Assembly: GCA_934090795.1 (NCBI GenBank)
Contig: CAKOJQ010000002.1
Location: 13,250-77,249, forward strand
Length of the DNA: 64,000 bases
Source of the DNA: an uncultured Bacilli bacterium
GTDB lineage: Bacteria > Bacillota_I > Bacilli_A > RF39 > UBA660
Reading direction: 5' to 3'
The position numbers and the translations under genes were made by a program. The notes beneath the pieces are model-generated. The model did not search any database, was not told the origin of the DNA, and was given only the letters and a program-made list of their open reading frames with translations. Shown here one piece after another: positions 26,300 through 35,511 of the stretch (position 1 is the first letter of the stretch; the number at the start of each line of letters is the position of its first letter).

Positions 26300-26557
26300 T
26301 TATTCTTCTTTTAAAGAATTTTTTAGTTTAGTATGGCTTTCTTTAATTTTAGTTTGGTTTGTTTCTTCTAAGGTGTACCAATTATTATTAAAGCCAATGG
26401 TAAATAAGTTTTTGGCAGATGTTGAGATATCTTCAAATATTTCATGATATAAATCATATATTTCATCACATGATGCTTCATTTAAAGCTGTTGCTGTGTT
26501 TATTTTCATGTTTTTTTCAGTGTTTAACATATCATATAGAATAAATTTATCATTCAT
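26300..26557 (-). CDS. Spore coat protein, CotF-like (Coat_F domain)
   Basis: DMLNTEKNMKINTATALNEASCDEIYDLY resembles the Coat_F helical domain. AGGAGG RBS. Confidence 0.55.
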   Translation of the reverse strand: MNDKFILYDMLNTEKNMKINTATALNEASCDEIYDLYHEIFEDISTSAKNLFTIGFNNNWYTLEETNQTKIKESHTKLKNSLKEE

Positions 26558-26762
26558 TAATAAAACCTCCTATATATTTAACTAACTTATCACAGTTTTT
26601 ATAATGCATTTTACTTATTTTTTTAAGTTCTGATTGTAGTTCTTTGTTAGTTACTTTTTTTAAATATTCTTCACATTTTTGATATGCTGTTATATTCCAG
26701 TTAAACATATCTTCAATGTAAGATGTATCTTTAGTAGATAACATACATGGTACTTTTTTCAT
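26550..26762 (-). CDS. Hypothetical small protein translationally coupled to the cotF-like gene
   Basis: TGGAGGA RBS. Its stop overlaps the downstream start by 8 nt. Confidence 0.5.
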   Translation of the reverse strand: MKKVPCMLSTKDTSYIEDMFNWNITAYQKCEEYLKKVTNKELQSELKKISKMHYKNCDKLVKYIGGFINE

Positions 26763-26839
26763 TATTTTTCCTCCATTTATAATTATGGCTTTATTCTTTT
26801 TTAATATACGTGTATAATAATTTTAGAGGTAGTGATAGG

Positions 26840-28027
26840 ATGAATAATGAATTTATACCAGTAATATTAGGAATAGATGTAGGTGCTTATAGTGTTGCTA
26901 GAACTATTTATGAACATTATAAAATTAAGTCAATTGTTATTGGAAAATATACTTATTGGATGACTAAATATTCTAAAATTACAGATGTACTTACTATTGA
27001 TAATATGACAGAAGAAAAGTTAATTAATTTTTTAATTGAACTTAAGAGTAAATATGAGGATAAAAAGTTATTACTTTTTGGTTGTAGTGAAGATTATGTT
27101 GAAATTATTATTAGAAATAAAGATAAATTAAGTAAATATTATGTTGTACCTACTATTGATTATGATACTTTAGTTAAAGTTTCTTCTAAAGAAGGATTTT
27201 ATGATATATGTGAAAAGGTGGGGATTAATTATCCTAAAACTATTGTAGTAGATAAGAATAATTATGAGAAAACTAAGATAAGTTTTAAGTGTCCTTTTAT
27301 AGCTAAGGTAAGTAATAAAGCAATGTATCAAAGACTTAGTTTTGAAGGAAAAGAGAAGGTATTTTTATTTAAATCTTTAGATGAGTATAAAGAAATGATG
27401 AAAAGATTATTTGCATCTGGTTATGATGATACAGTAGTTGTTCAAGAATATATTAAAGGAACAGATGCTAATATGAGAGTTTTAACTTGCTTTGCTGATC
27501 AAAATAGTAATGTTATATTTTCATCAGTTGGTAAGGTATTGTTGGAGGAAAAGGGGCCTGATGTTACGGGAAATTATTCAGCTATATATAATACTCAAGA
27601 TGAAAAAATTGTAGAAGCAGCCAAAAAGTTTATTAAAGAAACCAAATATGTAGGTTATGCTAATTTTGATATTAAGTATGATGATGATACTAAAGAATTT
27701 TATTTCTTTGAGGTTAATGTAAGACTTGGTAGAAGTAACTTCTATATGGGAGCAGGTAATACGAATTATTTAGCACCACTTGTAGATACTTTTATTTATG
27801 ATATACATGATAAAACATATAAGCAAGAAGGATGTGAACTTTATAGTATTATTCCTTTTAGTGTTATTAAAAGATATTGTAAAGATAAAGAATTAGTTAA
27901 AGTTGCTAAAAAATTAAAGAAAAATAATCCACTAGATTATAAGAAAGATTTTAGTTTAAAGAGAAAATATTATATTGTTGGTGCTTTGATTAATCATATT
28001 AGAAAGTTCAGGAAATATTATGAATAA
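26840..28027 (+). CDS. ATP-grasp carboxylate-amine ligase (candidate D-aspartate ligase)
   Basis: ATP-grasp-like layout (…VVQEYIKG…, …FFEVNVRLGRSN…). Translationally coupled to an Asp-racemase gene. Confidence 0.6.
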   Translation: MNNEFIPVILGIDVGAYSVARTIYEHYKIKSIVIGKYTYWMTKYSKITDVLTIDNMTEEKLINFLIELKSKYEDKKLLLFGCSEDYVEIIIRNKDKLSKYYVVPTIDYDTLVKVSSKEGFYDICEKVGINYPKTIVVDKNNYEKTKISFKCPFIAKVSNKAMYQRLSFEGKEKVFLFKSLDEYKEMMKRLFASGYDDTVVVQEYIKGTDANMRVLTCFADQNSNVIFSSVGKVLLEEKGPDVTGNYSAIYNTQDEKIVEAAKKFIKETKYVGYANFDIKYDDDTKEFYFFEVNVRLGRSNFYMGAGNTNYLAPLVDTFIYDIHDKTYKQEGCELYSIIPFSVIKRYCKDKELVKVAKKLKKNNPLDYKKDFSLKRKYYIVGALINHIRKFRKYYE

Positions 28028-28718
28028 TTTAATTGGAGTTATTGGAGGACTTGGACCTAAAGCGACAACTTATTTTATGGATTTAGTTATAGATAATACG
28101 GTTAGTGAAAGTGATCAGGATAATGTTGATATGTTAGTTTGTCAGTATTCAAGTATTCCTGATAGAACTAATTTTATTCTTGGTAAATCTGATGATAGCC
28201 CAGTACCTGAAATGGTTGATTGTGCTAAATTGCTTGATAGAGAAGGATGCAAATATATTGTTATTCCTTGTAATACGGCAAGTTATTTCTTTGATGAGGT
28301 TCAAAAAGAAGTTAGCGCTAAGGTTATTAATATTTTAGAAGAAACTAGTAAAGTTGTTTTAAAGGATAATCCTAAAAGAATTGGTCTAATGGCAACTGAT
28401 GGTACTATAAAATCTGGTGCTTATCATAAGTTTATTGGTAATGATTTGTTATTTATACCAGATGATATGTATCAAGCAAAGGTTATGAATATTATTTATG
28501 ATAAAGTTAAAAAGAATAAGGATGTTTCATTAAAAGAATTTGATGAAATTTTAAATTACTTCAGAGAAAATGGTTGTGAAAAAATAATATTAGGTTGTAC
28601 TGAATTATCTGTTGTTTATAGTTACTTAAAAATAAATTATAGTGATGTTGTTGATAGTTTAACTGTTCTTGCTAGGAAGACTGTAGAACTATCTGGAAAG
28701 AATTTAAAGGAGTTATAG
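28020..28718 (+). CDS. Aspartate/amino-acid racemase (Asp/Glu/hydantoin racemase family)
   Basis: IGVIGGLGPKAT plus the two catalytic-Cys motifs IPCNTASYF and LGCTELS. Overlaps the upstream gene by 8 nt. Confidence 0.8.
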   Translation: MNNLIGVIGGLGPKATTYFMDLVIDNTVSESDQDNVDMLVCQYSSIPDRTNFILGKSDDSPVPEMVDCAKLLDREGCKYIVIPCNTASYFFDEVQKEVSAKVINILEETSKVVLKDNPKRIGLMATDGTIKSGAYHKFIGNDLLFIPDDMYQAKVMNIIYDKVKKNKDVSLKEFDEILNYFRENGCEKIILGCTELSVVYSYLKINYSDVVDSLTVLARKTVELSGKNLKEL

Positions 28719-29780
28719 TTGAAAAAGTTAATAATTGGATTGTATATTATAGTATTTTGTTTAGTTGCTTATACATTTTTTGTTAGATTTAGTAATAAAA
28801 ATATTCGTGTTGATATGCCTTTAATTATAAAAAAAACAAGTGAAGATAGTCTTAAAGTTGATAAAAAGAAAGTTACTTTAAGTTTTGTTGGTGATTGTAC
28901 CATTGGATGGGATCCAAGATATTGGTATGGAAGTAGATTTGATAAGTATTTTGATGATAATAATGGGGATTATGCTTATTATTTTGCTAAAGTAAAGGAA
29001 TATTTAGATCAAGATGATATTACGGTTGCTAATTTAGAGGGACAATTTACATCTTCAAATGATATAGTGGAAAAGGCATTTAATTTTAAAGCACCTACTA
29101 GTTATGTTGATGTTTTAAAAAAAGGTAGTATAGAAATGGTTAGTTTTGCTAATAATCATGCTTATGATTTTGGAAAAAGTGGTTATGATGAAACTATTAA
29201 GACTCTAAATGATAATAATGTATTACATTATGGTTATAGTGACTATTTAATTAAAGAGGTAAATGGTATTAAAATTGGTTTTATGGCTTTTAATGATATT
29301 GATTGTGTAAAATATGCAGAAGCTAAAAAAGGACTTGATTATTTAAAGGAAAATGGTGCTGAACTTATTATTGTTAGTGTACATTGGGGAATTGAAAAGG
29401 ATTTAGTGCAAAATAATGCACAACAGAAAATGGGACGCTATTTAATTGATAATGGTGCTGATTTAGTAGTTGGAACGCATCCTCATGTAATACAGGGGAT
29501 TGAAAAATATAATGATAAATATATAATATATTCTTTAGCTAATTTTGTTTTTGGTGGAAATCAAAATCCACCAGATAAAGATACATTTATGTTTAGACAA
29601 ACGTTTAATTTTTCTAATGGTGAGTTACAATTGGATGATAATATTGAAATTGTTCCTGCATCTGTATCTGGTTTTAAAAATAAAAATAATTATCAACCTG
29701 TTATTTTAGATGGAGAAGAAAAAGTTAGAGTATTTAATAAAATTATGAAATATTCTAGTGGTTTTAATTATGGTATATAA
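28719..29780 (+). CDS. CapA-family (PGA_cap) metallophosphoesterase-like membrane-anchored protein
   Basis: FVGDCTIGWD, ANNHAYDFG, VSVHWGIE and GTHPHVIQG motifs. TTG start with an AAGGAG RBS. Confidence 0.75.
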   Translation: MKKLIIGLYIIVFCLVAYTFFVRFSNKNIRVDMPLIIKKTSEDSLKVDKKKVTLSFVGDCTIGWDPRYWYGSRFDKYFDDNNGDYAYYFAKVKEYLDQDDITVANLEGQFTSSNDIVEKAFNFKAPTSYVDVLKKGSIEMVSFANNHAYDFGKSGYDETIKTLNDNNVLHYGYSDYLIKEVNGIKIGFMAFNDIDCVKYAEAKKGLDYLKENGAELIIVSVHWGIEKDLVQNNAQQKMGRYLIDNGADLVVGTHPHVIQGIEKYNDKYIIYSLANFVFGGNQNPPDKDTFMFRQTFNFSNGELQLDDNIEIVPASVSGFKNKNNYQPVILDGEEKVRVFNKIMKYSSGFNYGI

Positions 29781-29784
29781 AATG

Positions 29785-29832
29785 AAAAAGAAATATTGTT
29801 AGTTATTTTGTAACTTTAATATTTCTTTTTTT
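29785..29832 (+). terminator. Rho-independent terminator
   Basis: AAAAAGAAATATT...AATATTTCTTTTT long stem followed by a T-tract. Confidence 0.75.
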
Positions 29833-30393
29833 GATAAATTAGTCGATTCAGATATTATATCAATAGATATTTCTTTTTAAGTAATTTTTTATCAATTTTG
29901 ATTGAAAGTTTTAGTTTTCTATTTTTTTGCCTAGATTAAATATTTCATTAATTCTTCTTTGGTAAATTATAGTTCTGTTATTCTTATGCTTTTTTAATTG
30001 ATACTACAAATACTAGTTTGAAACTTAATTGAATAAACATTACAATTATACTTAAAGATTTTATCTTTGATTAAAGGTATTATCTTTTTCAACATTATCT
30101 TTAATAACTTTAAATGGTTTTTTCTATAATCTTTGTTGCAATTTTATTAGATCCTTTTCTTTCAACTGGACTATAGAAATAACAATAAAATTTGGGCTAA
30201 ATACTTTAATATAATTCTTAAATTAAACATAACTTTTTTCTCCTTCCATTTATATTTTTTGTACGTACTATGAAACACCTTTCTTTGGTGCTTCTATATA
30301 TATATTTAGTAAAGAGATACCCAAATTACTTTTTAATTTTATTAAGTTGTACATTTACTTGACAATCTTTCAACTTATTAAAAATTGGCAAAA

Positions 30394-30417
30394 ATAAAAA
30401 AACTTCCAAAATGGAAG
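30394..30417 (-). terminator. Rho-independent terminator of the E2-like gene
   Basis: On the minus strand: CTTCC-atttt-GGAAG followed by T7. Confidence 0.7.
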
Positions 30418-30429
30418 AAATATAATTTT

Positions 30430-31284
30430 TTAGCGTAGTTTAATATCATATAATGTATCAGCGTTGTTTTCTAGAGTTTCTGGATTTTCAAAAATATATT
30501 CTAGTAACTTAAGAGATTTAGCAAAGTAAAATCCATCTGCTATTCGTTCATCAATAGTAATTCCAATATCTAACATTTTTCTTATTTCTATTTTACCATT
30601 AATTACTTTAGTTTCATCTTCAATTTTTCCAAAAGTAATCAAAGCTTCATTAGTTCCAAAATCAGTTAGATGATGATAAATAGAATTACAATTAATTGAA
30701 CCTAAGTTAGATAAAAGGGCACTTTGATAATAAATTAAGTTTTCAGTAATAGAATCAGGGATTAAATCATGATTATCTAAAAATTTAAAAATTTTAATAA
30801 TAATATATCTTATTAATTTAGGCATATGACCTATTTTGTCAACTAAATCATCGGTATTATTAGTTTTATTGTTTCTTAGATTAGTTACTTTACCACTTGT
30901 TTTATCACTAATGGTTTTTAAATTATCATCTTTATTAATTTTTATAGAGGTAAATACTTCTTCAGAATGGTCAGTAAATTCTTTTTTAGCAACAAAGCCT
31001 AAAGAAACGTATTTACGATCATAAAATGTTTTATTAATTATAAATCTATTTAGTAATGGTCTATTATAAATTAGTTTTCCAATTGCAATGCAAAAAGTAT
31101 GAAAGTAAGTTAAATTTTTATAGTCATCTTTCTTTTTTAATTTGTTAACATATTCAACTAATTTAGTAACATCAATTTTAGAAGATATATATACATCTGA
31201 ATCACATCTTTTAGGCATGATTTCTAACATTAAATTGTGCATTCCGTCTATATCTTTTACTTTAATTCCATCTCTTCTATTCAT
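30430..31284 (-). CDS. Stand-alone 2-oxoacid dehydrogenase acyltransferase (E2 catalytic domain)-like protein
   Basis: The C-terminal TIDERIADGFYFAKSLKLLEYIFENP matches the E2/CAT-fold DHRxxDG region, but with Glu in place of His. There is no lipoyl domain. GGAG RBS before the ATG at 31284; the track starts at upstream TTG. Confidence 0.6.
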   Translation of the reverse strand: MNRRDGIKVKDIDGMHNLMLEIMPKRCDSDVYISSKIDVTKLVEYVNKLKKKDDYKNLTYFHTFCIAIGKLIYNRPLLNRFIINKTFYDRKYVSLGFVAKKEFTDHSEEVFTSIKINKDDNLKTISDKTSGKVTNLRNNKTNNTDDLVDKIGHMPKLIRYIIIKIFKFLDNHDLIPDSITENLIYYQSALLSNLGSINCNSIYHHLTDFGTNEALITFGKIEDETKVINGKIEIRKMLDIGITIDERIADGFYFAKSLKLLEYIFENPETLENNADTLYDIKLR

Positions 31285-31395
31285 TTTTAATATCTCCAAT
31301 CTTAAAAAATTATAACATTTATGAAATTATATGTCTATTTTCTAGGCAAAATTTATAAAATTGTGCTATAATATGGCTATTGGATGGAGGGAATT

Positions 31396-31512
31396 ATGAA
31401 AGTTTATAAAAAAGAATTACCTAAAAATGTTAGAAAAATGTTTAAATACGAAAAAGGTGTTAAGGTAAAAGTTTTAAATAGTTTATACTATGGCAAGAAG
31501 AAACAAAAGTAG
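31396..31512 (+). CDS. 38-aa lysine-rich small protein MKVYKKELPKNVRKMFKYEKGVKVKVLNSLYYGKKKQK
   Basis: GGATGGAGGG RBS, an extended -10 promoter TGcTATAAT (31364..31372) and a terminator at 31497..31522. Confidence 0.45.
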   Translation: MKVYKKELPKNVRKMFKYEKGVKVKVLNSLYYGKKKQK

Positions 31513-31565
31513 TTTCTTTTTTCGTATAATTTTGCTAAATTAAATATGGTTTGGGATGATAAGTA

Positions 31566-32669
31566 ATGGATACAAATAAATTTTCAAAATTTATAAAGGA
31601 ATTGAGATTGGAGCGTGGACTTAGTCAGGAACAGTTAGCTGAGAAATTATTTGTTCATAGGACTACAGTTAATAAATGGGAAAATGAGGATATAATTCCA
31701 CTTAATGATAAGTTAATTTCGATTGCTAACTTTTTTGATGTTTCAATAGATGAATTATTAAATGGTAAAAGAAACGAAAAAAATGTTGATACAACAGTTA
31801 CTAATAATACTTTAATTACTCTTATTAAATCTAAAAGTAGAAATAAAAAGATAATATTTTTTTTAGCAATTGGATTTTTGGTGATTTTAGTTAATTTCTT
31901 ACTTTATTATTTTATTAGTACTTATAATTCAGTTAAAGTTTATAGATTGTATGGTGAAGCAGATTCTATTAGAATGAGAGATGGACTTGTATTTATTTCT
32001 AAAGAAAAAGTTTATTTTAGACCTGGTAATTTTTATGATGAGGATGACAATTTACTAGATGTAGATTTAATTAGATTATATTATTTTGATGAAAAAGATA
32101 ATGAAGTTATTTTATTAACTGGTGGTGCTAAAACATTAATTATTGAATTAGAACAATCACAAGAAACTTTTATGAATTTATTAAATAATAATAAGGATCT
32201 TTATTTAGATGCTTGTTATAATAAATCATGTACTAAAATTAAACTAAAATATTTTAATGATTTTAAAAATAATGATATAATGGTCAATAATTTAAATGAT
32301 GAAAGTGTAATTAGAGTAAGTACTGGTACTAAAACAAAAGATGATTTAATAAAAAGTTTACTTAGTAATGGTTTTAAATATGATAATGAAGTTGGATATT
32401 ATTATTTAAATGAAAATGAAGTAAAATATTCTTATTTTCCATCAAGAAATTTTATTAAGGTTCATGTTTCTTCTAATAGTATAATAGAGGTGTTTTCAGT
32501 TTACATGGATAACTTAAAATTAGAGTATACGTATTTTGTCAATAATGAACCTGTGAAATCTATTGAATTTTATGATTGTACCAATAAAAATGGTAAAAAT
32601 TATAATTTATTTTTTAATCTATATAATCAGTATTTATCTAAGTATTTTAAGGATTTTTTAGAGGTGTGA
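31566..32669 (+). CDS. XRE-family HTH regulator with a TM helix and a large C-terminal domain
   Basis: N-terminal HTH LRLERGLSQEQLAEKLFVHRTTVNKWE and one TM helix (IIFFLAIGFLVILVNFLLYYFI). Confidence 0.75.
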   Translation: MDTNKFSKFIKELRLERGLSQEQLAEKLFVHRTTVNKWENEDIIPLNDKLISIANFFDVSIDELLNGKRNEKNVDTTVTNNTLITLIKSKSRNKKIIFFLAIGFLVILVNFLLYYFISTYNSVKVYRLYGEADSIRMRDGLVFISKEKVYFRPGNFYDEDDNLLDVDLIRLYYFDEKDNEVILLTGGAKTLIIELEQSQETFMNLLNNNKDLYLDACYNKSCTKIKLKYFNDFKNNDIMVNNLNDESVIRVSTGTKTKDDLIKSLLSNGFKYDNEVGYYYLNENEVKYSYFPSRNFIKVHVSSNSIIEVFSVYMDNLKLEYTYFVNNEPVKSIEFYDCTNKNGKNYNLFFNLYNQYLSKYFKDFLEV

Positions 32670-32733
32670 ATGACATTCACTACCTTTTTTAGTTAATATG
32701 CGTTATGGTTGAACTAGGAAAGGAGTGTGATGT

Positions 32734-33495
32734 ATGTTTAAACTAGTTAAGTTATCTTTAGTTTTTATTGGTGTGTTATTTGCAATTAATACTTCAAGTA
32801 TTATTGTCCATGCAGATGATTACTTTTATACTAATAAGAACGGAGTAAGCATGACGGAAGAACAATATAATTTCTTAGGTGAATTATACTTTGATGGTTA
32901 TCAAGAACATATTACGCAAGATAAGTTTAATAAATATTTGACCATGGGATTATATGATGAAAAAGTTTACAAGAAAGAAATAGAAGATTTTGATGATGGT
33001 GCCTTATCACCTAAAGCCTTAATTCATGAGACAACAGCAAAAAAATTAACTCTTGCCTATTCTTGCAGTGGAAAATATTGTACGATGGTAACTGGACTCG
33101 ATTGGAAAGGTATACCAAAAGTAATTAGTTATGATGTTATTGGTTCATATTTATATGGCAATTTAACAAGAATGACAAATCCAACTACTTTTTTATACTG
33201 GTCTGGACAATCAATTGAATTTACTGATAGAGTTTATAGTGGTACAGGATATGGTTGTACAGCTTTATTACAAAAAAGTTCTGTTCTTATGACAATTGTT
33301 CAGGACGTTGATATTTATGTAAATGGTAGTGGTACTTTTTATTCTTCTTATCAACATGCTACTAAGAGAATAACTTTAGAGACTAGCAAAAAATATACAA
33401 CTGGCTTTGGCGGTGATGGTGGTGTGTTCTTCTTCTATGGTTCTGCAGTCGGAGTCTATGATCAAATGGGTGGTGTCGATGTACATCTATCTTAA
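32734..33495 (+). CDS. Secreted hypothetical protein
   Basis: Signal peptide (…VLFAINTSSIIVHA/DD). AAGGAG RBS. No family recognised. Confidence 0.6.
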   Translation: MFKLVKLSLVFIGVLFAINTSSIIVHADDYFYTNKNGVSMTEEQYNFLGELYFDGYQEHITQDKFNKYLTMGLYDEKVYKKEIEDFDDGALSPKALIHETTAKKLTLAYSCSGKYCTMVTGLDWKGIPKVISYDVIGSYLYGNLTRMTNPTTFLYWSGQSIEFTDRVYSGTGYGCTALLQKSSVLMTIVQDVDIYVNGSGTFYSSYQHATKRITLETSKKYTTGFGGDGGVFFFYGSAVGVYDQMGGVDVHLS

Positions 33496-33600
33496 TACGA
33501 AGTTTTATAAATATTTTGTCTGGTCTTTATCCAATGCAGATAAGGATAAAGGCATGTTTAAATTTCAAAAACAATAAATGTTTTGAAACGAACTTTTGGG

Positions 33601-33634
33601 CTAGAAGCAAATAGAAAGGGGCTTCTAGTTTTTT
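33601..33634 (+). terminator. Rho-independent terminator
   Basis: CTAGAAGC-(12 nt)-GCTTCTAG followed by T6. Confidence 0.75.
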
Positions 33635-33694
33635 CGTGTTAATTTTTCTTTATGAAGAACTGTATTTGTGGTATGATTATTTAGAGGGATATAA

Positions 33695-34339
33695 ATGAAA
33701 AAAATAATTATATTAATATTAAGTATAACCTTACTATGTGGCTGTACCAAAATAGATAATAATAATATAGAACAAATAATAAATAAAGTAATATCTTGTA
33801 AAAGTAATAACGCTAATGAATATAAAAATGGTTATAAGTTTTATTTACCATCTAATTTAATGATAGATAAAATTAATGAAAGAAATATTGTGTTTAGAGA
33901 AAATGGTCTTAAATATTATATGTTTGTAGATATTGTTAGTTATTATCATAAAGTAGAGAATAGTTATAAAATTAAAGATAATGCATATATGAGTAAGTTA
34001 ATTAATTATGATAATAAGAGTGGATATATTGAAATAAATTTAAAAAATGATAAATATTTAATTGAAATAATGTATAATTATGCTAAAATAGAAGTGATAG
34101 TAGATAGTGATGATATTGCTAACGCTATTGCAAATAGTTTAATTATCTTGTCTTCAGTAGAGTATAATGACGATATAATTGAAAATTTGCTTGAGGAAGA
34201 TGTACTTAACTATAGTGAGGAAAGTTTTAATATATTTGAGACTAATTCAAATGATTCAAACTTTCTAAAAGTGGTAGAAGAGTATGATAATTATAAAGAT
34301 GATGAAGTACCAGATTATGATTTAATAAAAGGAGAATAA
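33695..34339 (+). CDS. Putative lipoprotein
   Basis: MKKIIILILSITLLCGC lipobox-like signal. GAGGGA RBS. Confidence 0.6.
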   Translation: MKKIIILILSITLLCGCTKIDNNNIEQIINKVISCKSNNANEYKNGYKFYLPSNLMIDKINERNIVFRENGLKYYMFVDIVSYYHKVENSYKIKDNAYMSKLINYDNKSGYIEINLKNDKYLIEIMYNYAKIEVIVDSDDIANAIANSLIILSSVEYNDDIIENLLEEDVLNYSEESFNIFETNSNDSNFLKVVEEYDNYKDDEVPDYDLIKGE

Positions 34340-34342
34340 CTA

Positions 34343-35218
34343 ATGAGTGTTTTTAAAAAAATAAAAGATGTATTATTTGATATAGAAGATGATGAAGAAG
34401 AAACTACATATGAGAAAAAGAGTGTGGTAAAGGAAAGTAATCCAATAAAAGAGGTTAAAATGCCTGTTGAAGATAAAGATGATGATGTTGTTAGTGAGCC
34501 TCCTAAAAAGACAAGTAATTTTAATTTTCCTTTAGATTTTGATGATGATTTACCAACTAGAAGTGACAAGGATTTAAGTGTTAATAAACGTAATAGTTAT
34601 TCACAAACAAGTAGTAATAGTAGTTTTTTTGAAGATGATTATGATGTTCCTAGAAGAAATAGAGATGAATATGTTGTAAAAGAGCCTGAAAGAAAGAGAG
34701 AACAACCTAGAGATTATTCTAAATTCATGCAACAAAAGAAGGAAGAAAAGAAGAAAATATTTACTCCATCTCCTGTAATATCACCTGTTTATGGAGTTTT
34801 AAATCAAAATTATACTAAAGATGATGTAATTATTAAAACTGATACTGGGGTAAAAGGACCAAGTTTAGAAGATGTTAGAAAAAAAGCGTATGAAATGAAA
34901 AAAGAGGTAGAAAATAAAAAGGTAGAGGATGAATTTGCTGAACCTTTAAAAACATTAGATGAAATTCTTATAAGCAATCAAGAAATTCAAAAAGATAAGC
35001 CTTTAGAAGATGATATTTTACCTGATGTTTCTGAAGAAATTGCTAAAGAAGAAGTTGTAAGTGATAATGAAGAGGTTGAAATTACTACTGAAATTCCTAA
35101 AGTTGAAGAAAAGAAAAGTGAAATAGAAACAAAAGATGGTGAAGATGATACTTTAGAAAAAGATTTATTTAACTTAATAGATTCTATGTATGAAAATAAG
35201 GACGAGGAGGAAGAATAA
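34343..35218 (+). CDS. Highly charged Asp/Glu/Lys-rich hypothetical protein
   Basis: AAGGAG RBS. Low-complexity acidic regions around a conserved-looking core (FTPSPVISPVYGVL). No family recognised. Confidence 0.55.
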   Translation: MSVFKKIKDVLFDIEDDEEETTYEKKSVVKESNPIKEVKMPVEDKDDDVVSEPPKKTSNFNFPLDFDDDLPTRSDKDLSVNKRNSYSQTSSNSSFFEDDYDVPRRNRDEYVVKEPERKREQPRDYSKFMQQKKEEKKKIFTPSPVISPVYGVLNQNYTKDDVIIKTDTGVKGPSLEDVRKKAYEMKKEVENKKVEDEFAEPLKTLDEILISNQEIQKDKPLEDDILPDVSEEIAKEEVVSDNEEVEITTEIPKVEEKKSEIETKDGEDDTLEKDLFNLIDSMYENKDEEEE

Positions 35219-35220
35219 TA

Positions 35221-35511
35221 ATGACATTTATGGAAGTTTTACCGGTTATTATTTATATTTTACTTATAATTTTATTAGTTATTGGTATAATTTTAGGAAT
35301 AAAACTTATAATTACAATAGATAATTTCAATTATTTAATTGATGATGTAACTAAAAAAGTAAAAAGTTTAGATAAAGTATTTAATGTATTTGACTTATTT
35401 ACTAATAAAATTGGATTTCTTACTGATTATGTTGCTAATTTTGTTAAAGGAATTGTCGATAAAATTGTAAGTTTAAAGAAGAGAAAGGAAGAGGAAGACG
35501 ATTATGAGTAA
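35221..35511 (+). CDS. DUF948 (YtxG-like) membrane protein
   Basis: An N-terminal TM helix followed by an amphipathic helix. Precedes and overlaps a YtxH-like gene, as in ytxGH. Confidence 0.55.
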   Translation: MTFMEVLPVIIYILLIILLVIGIILGIKLIITIDNFNYLIDDVTKKVKSLDKVFNVFDLFTNKIGFLTDYVANFVKGIVDKIVSLKKRKEEEDDYE

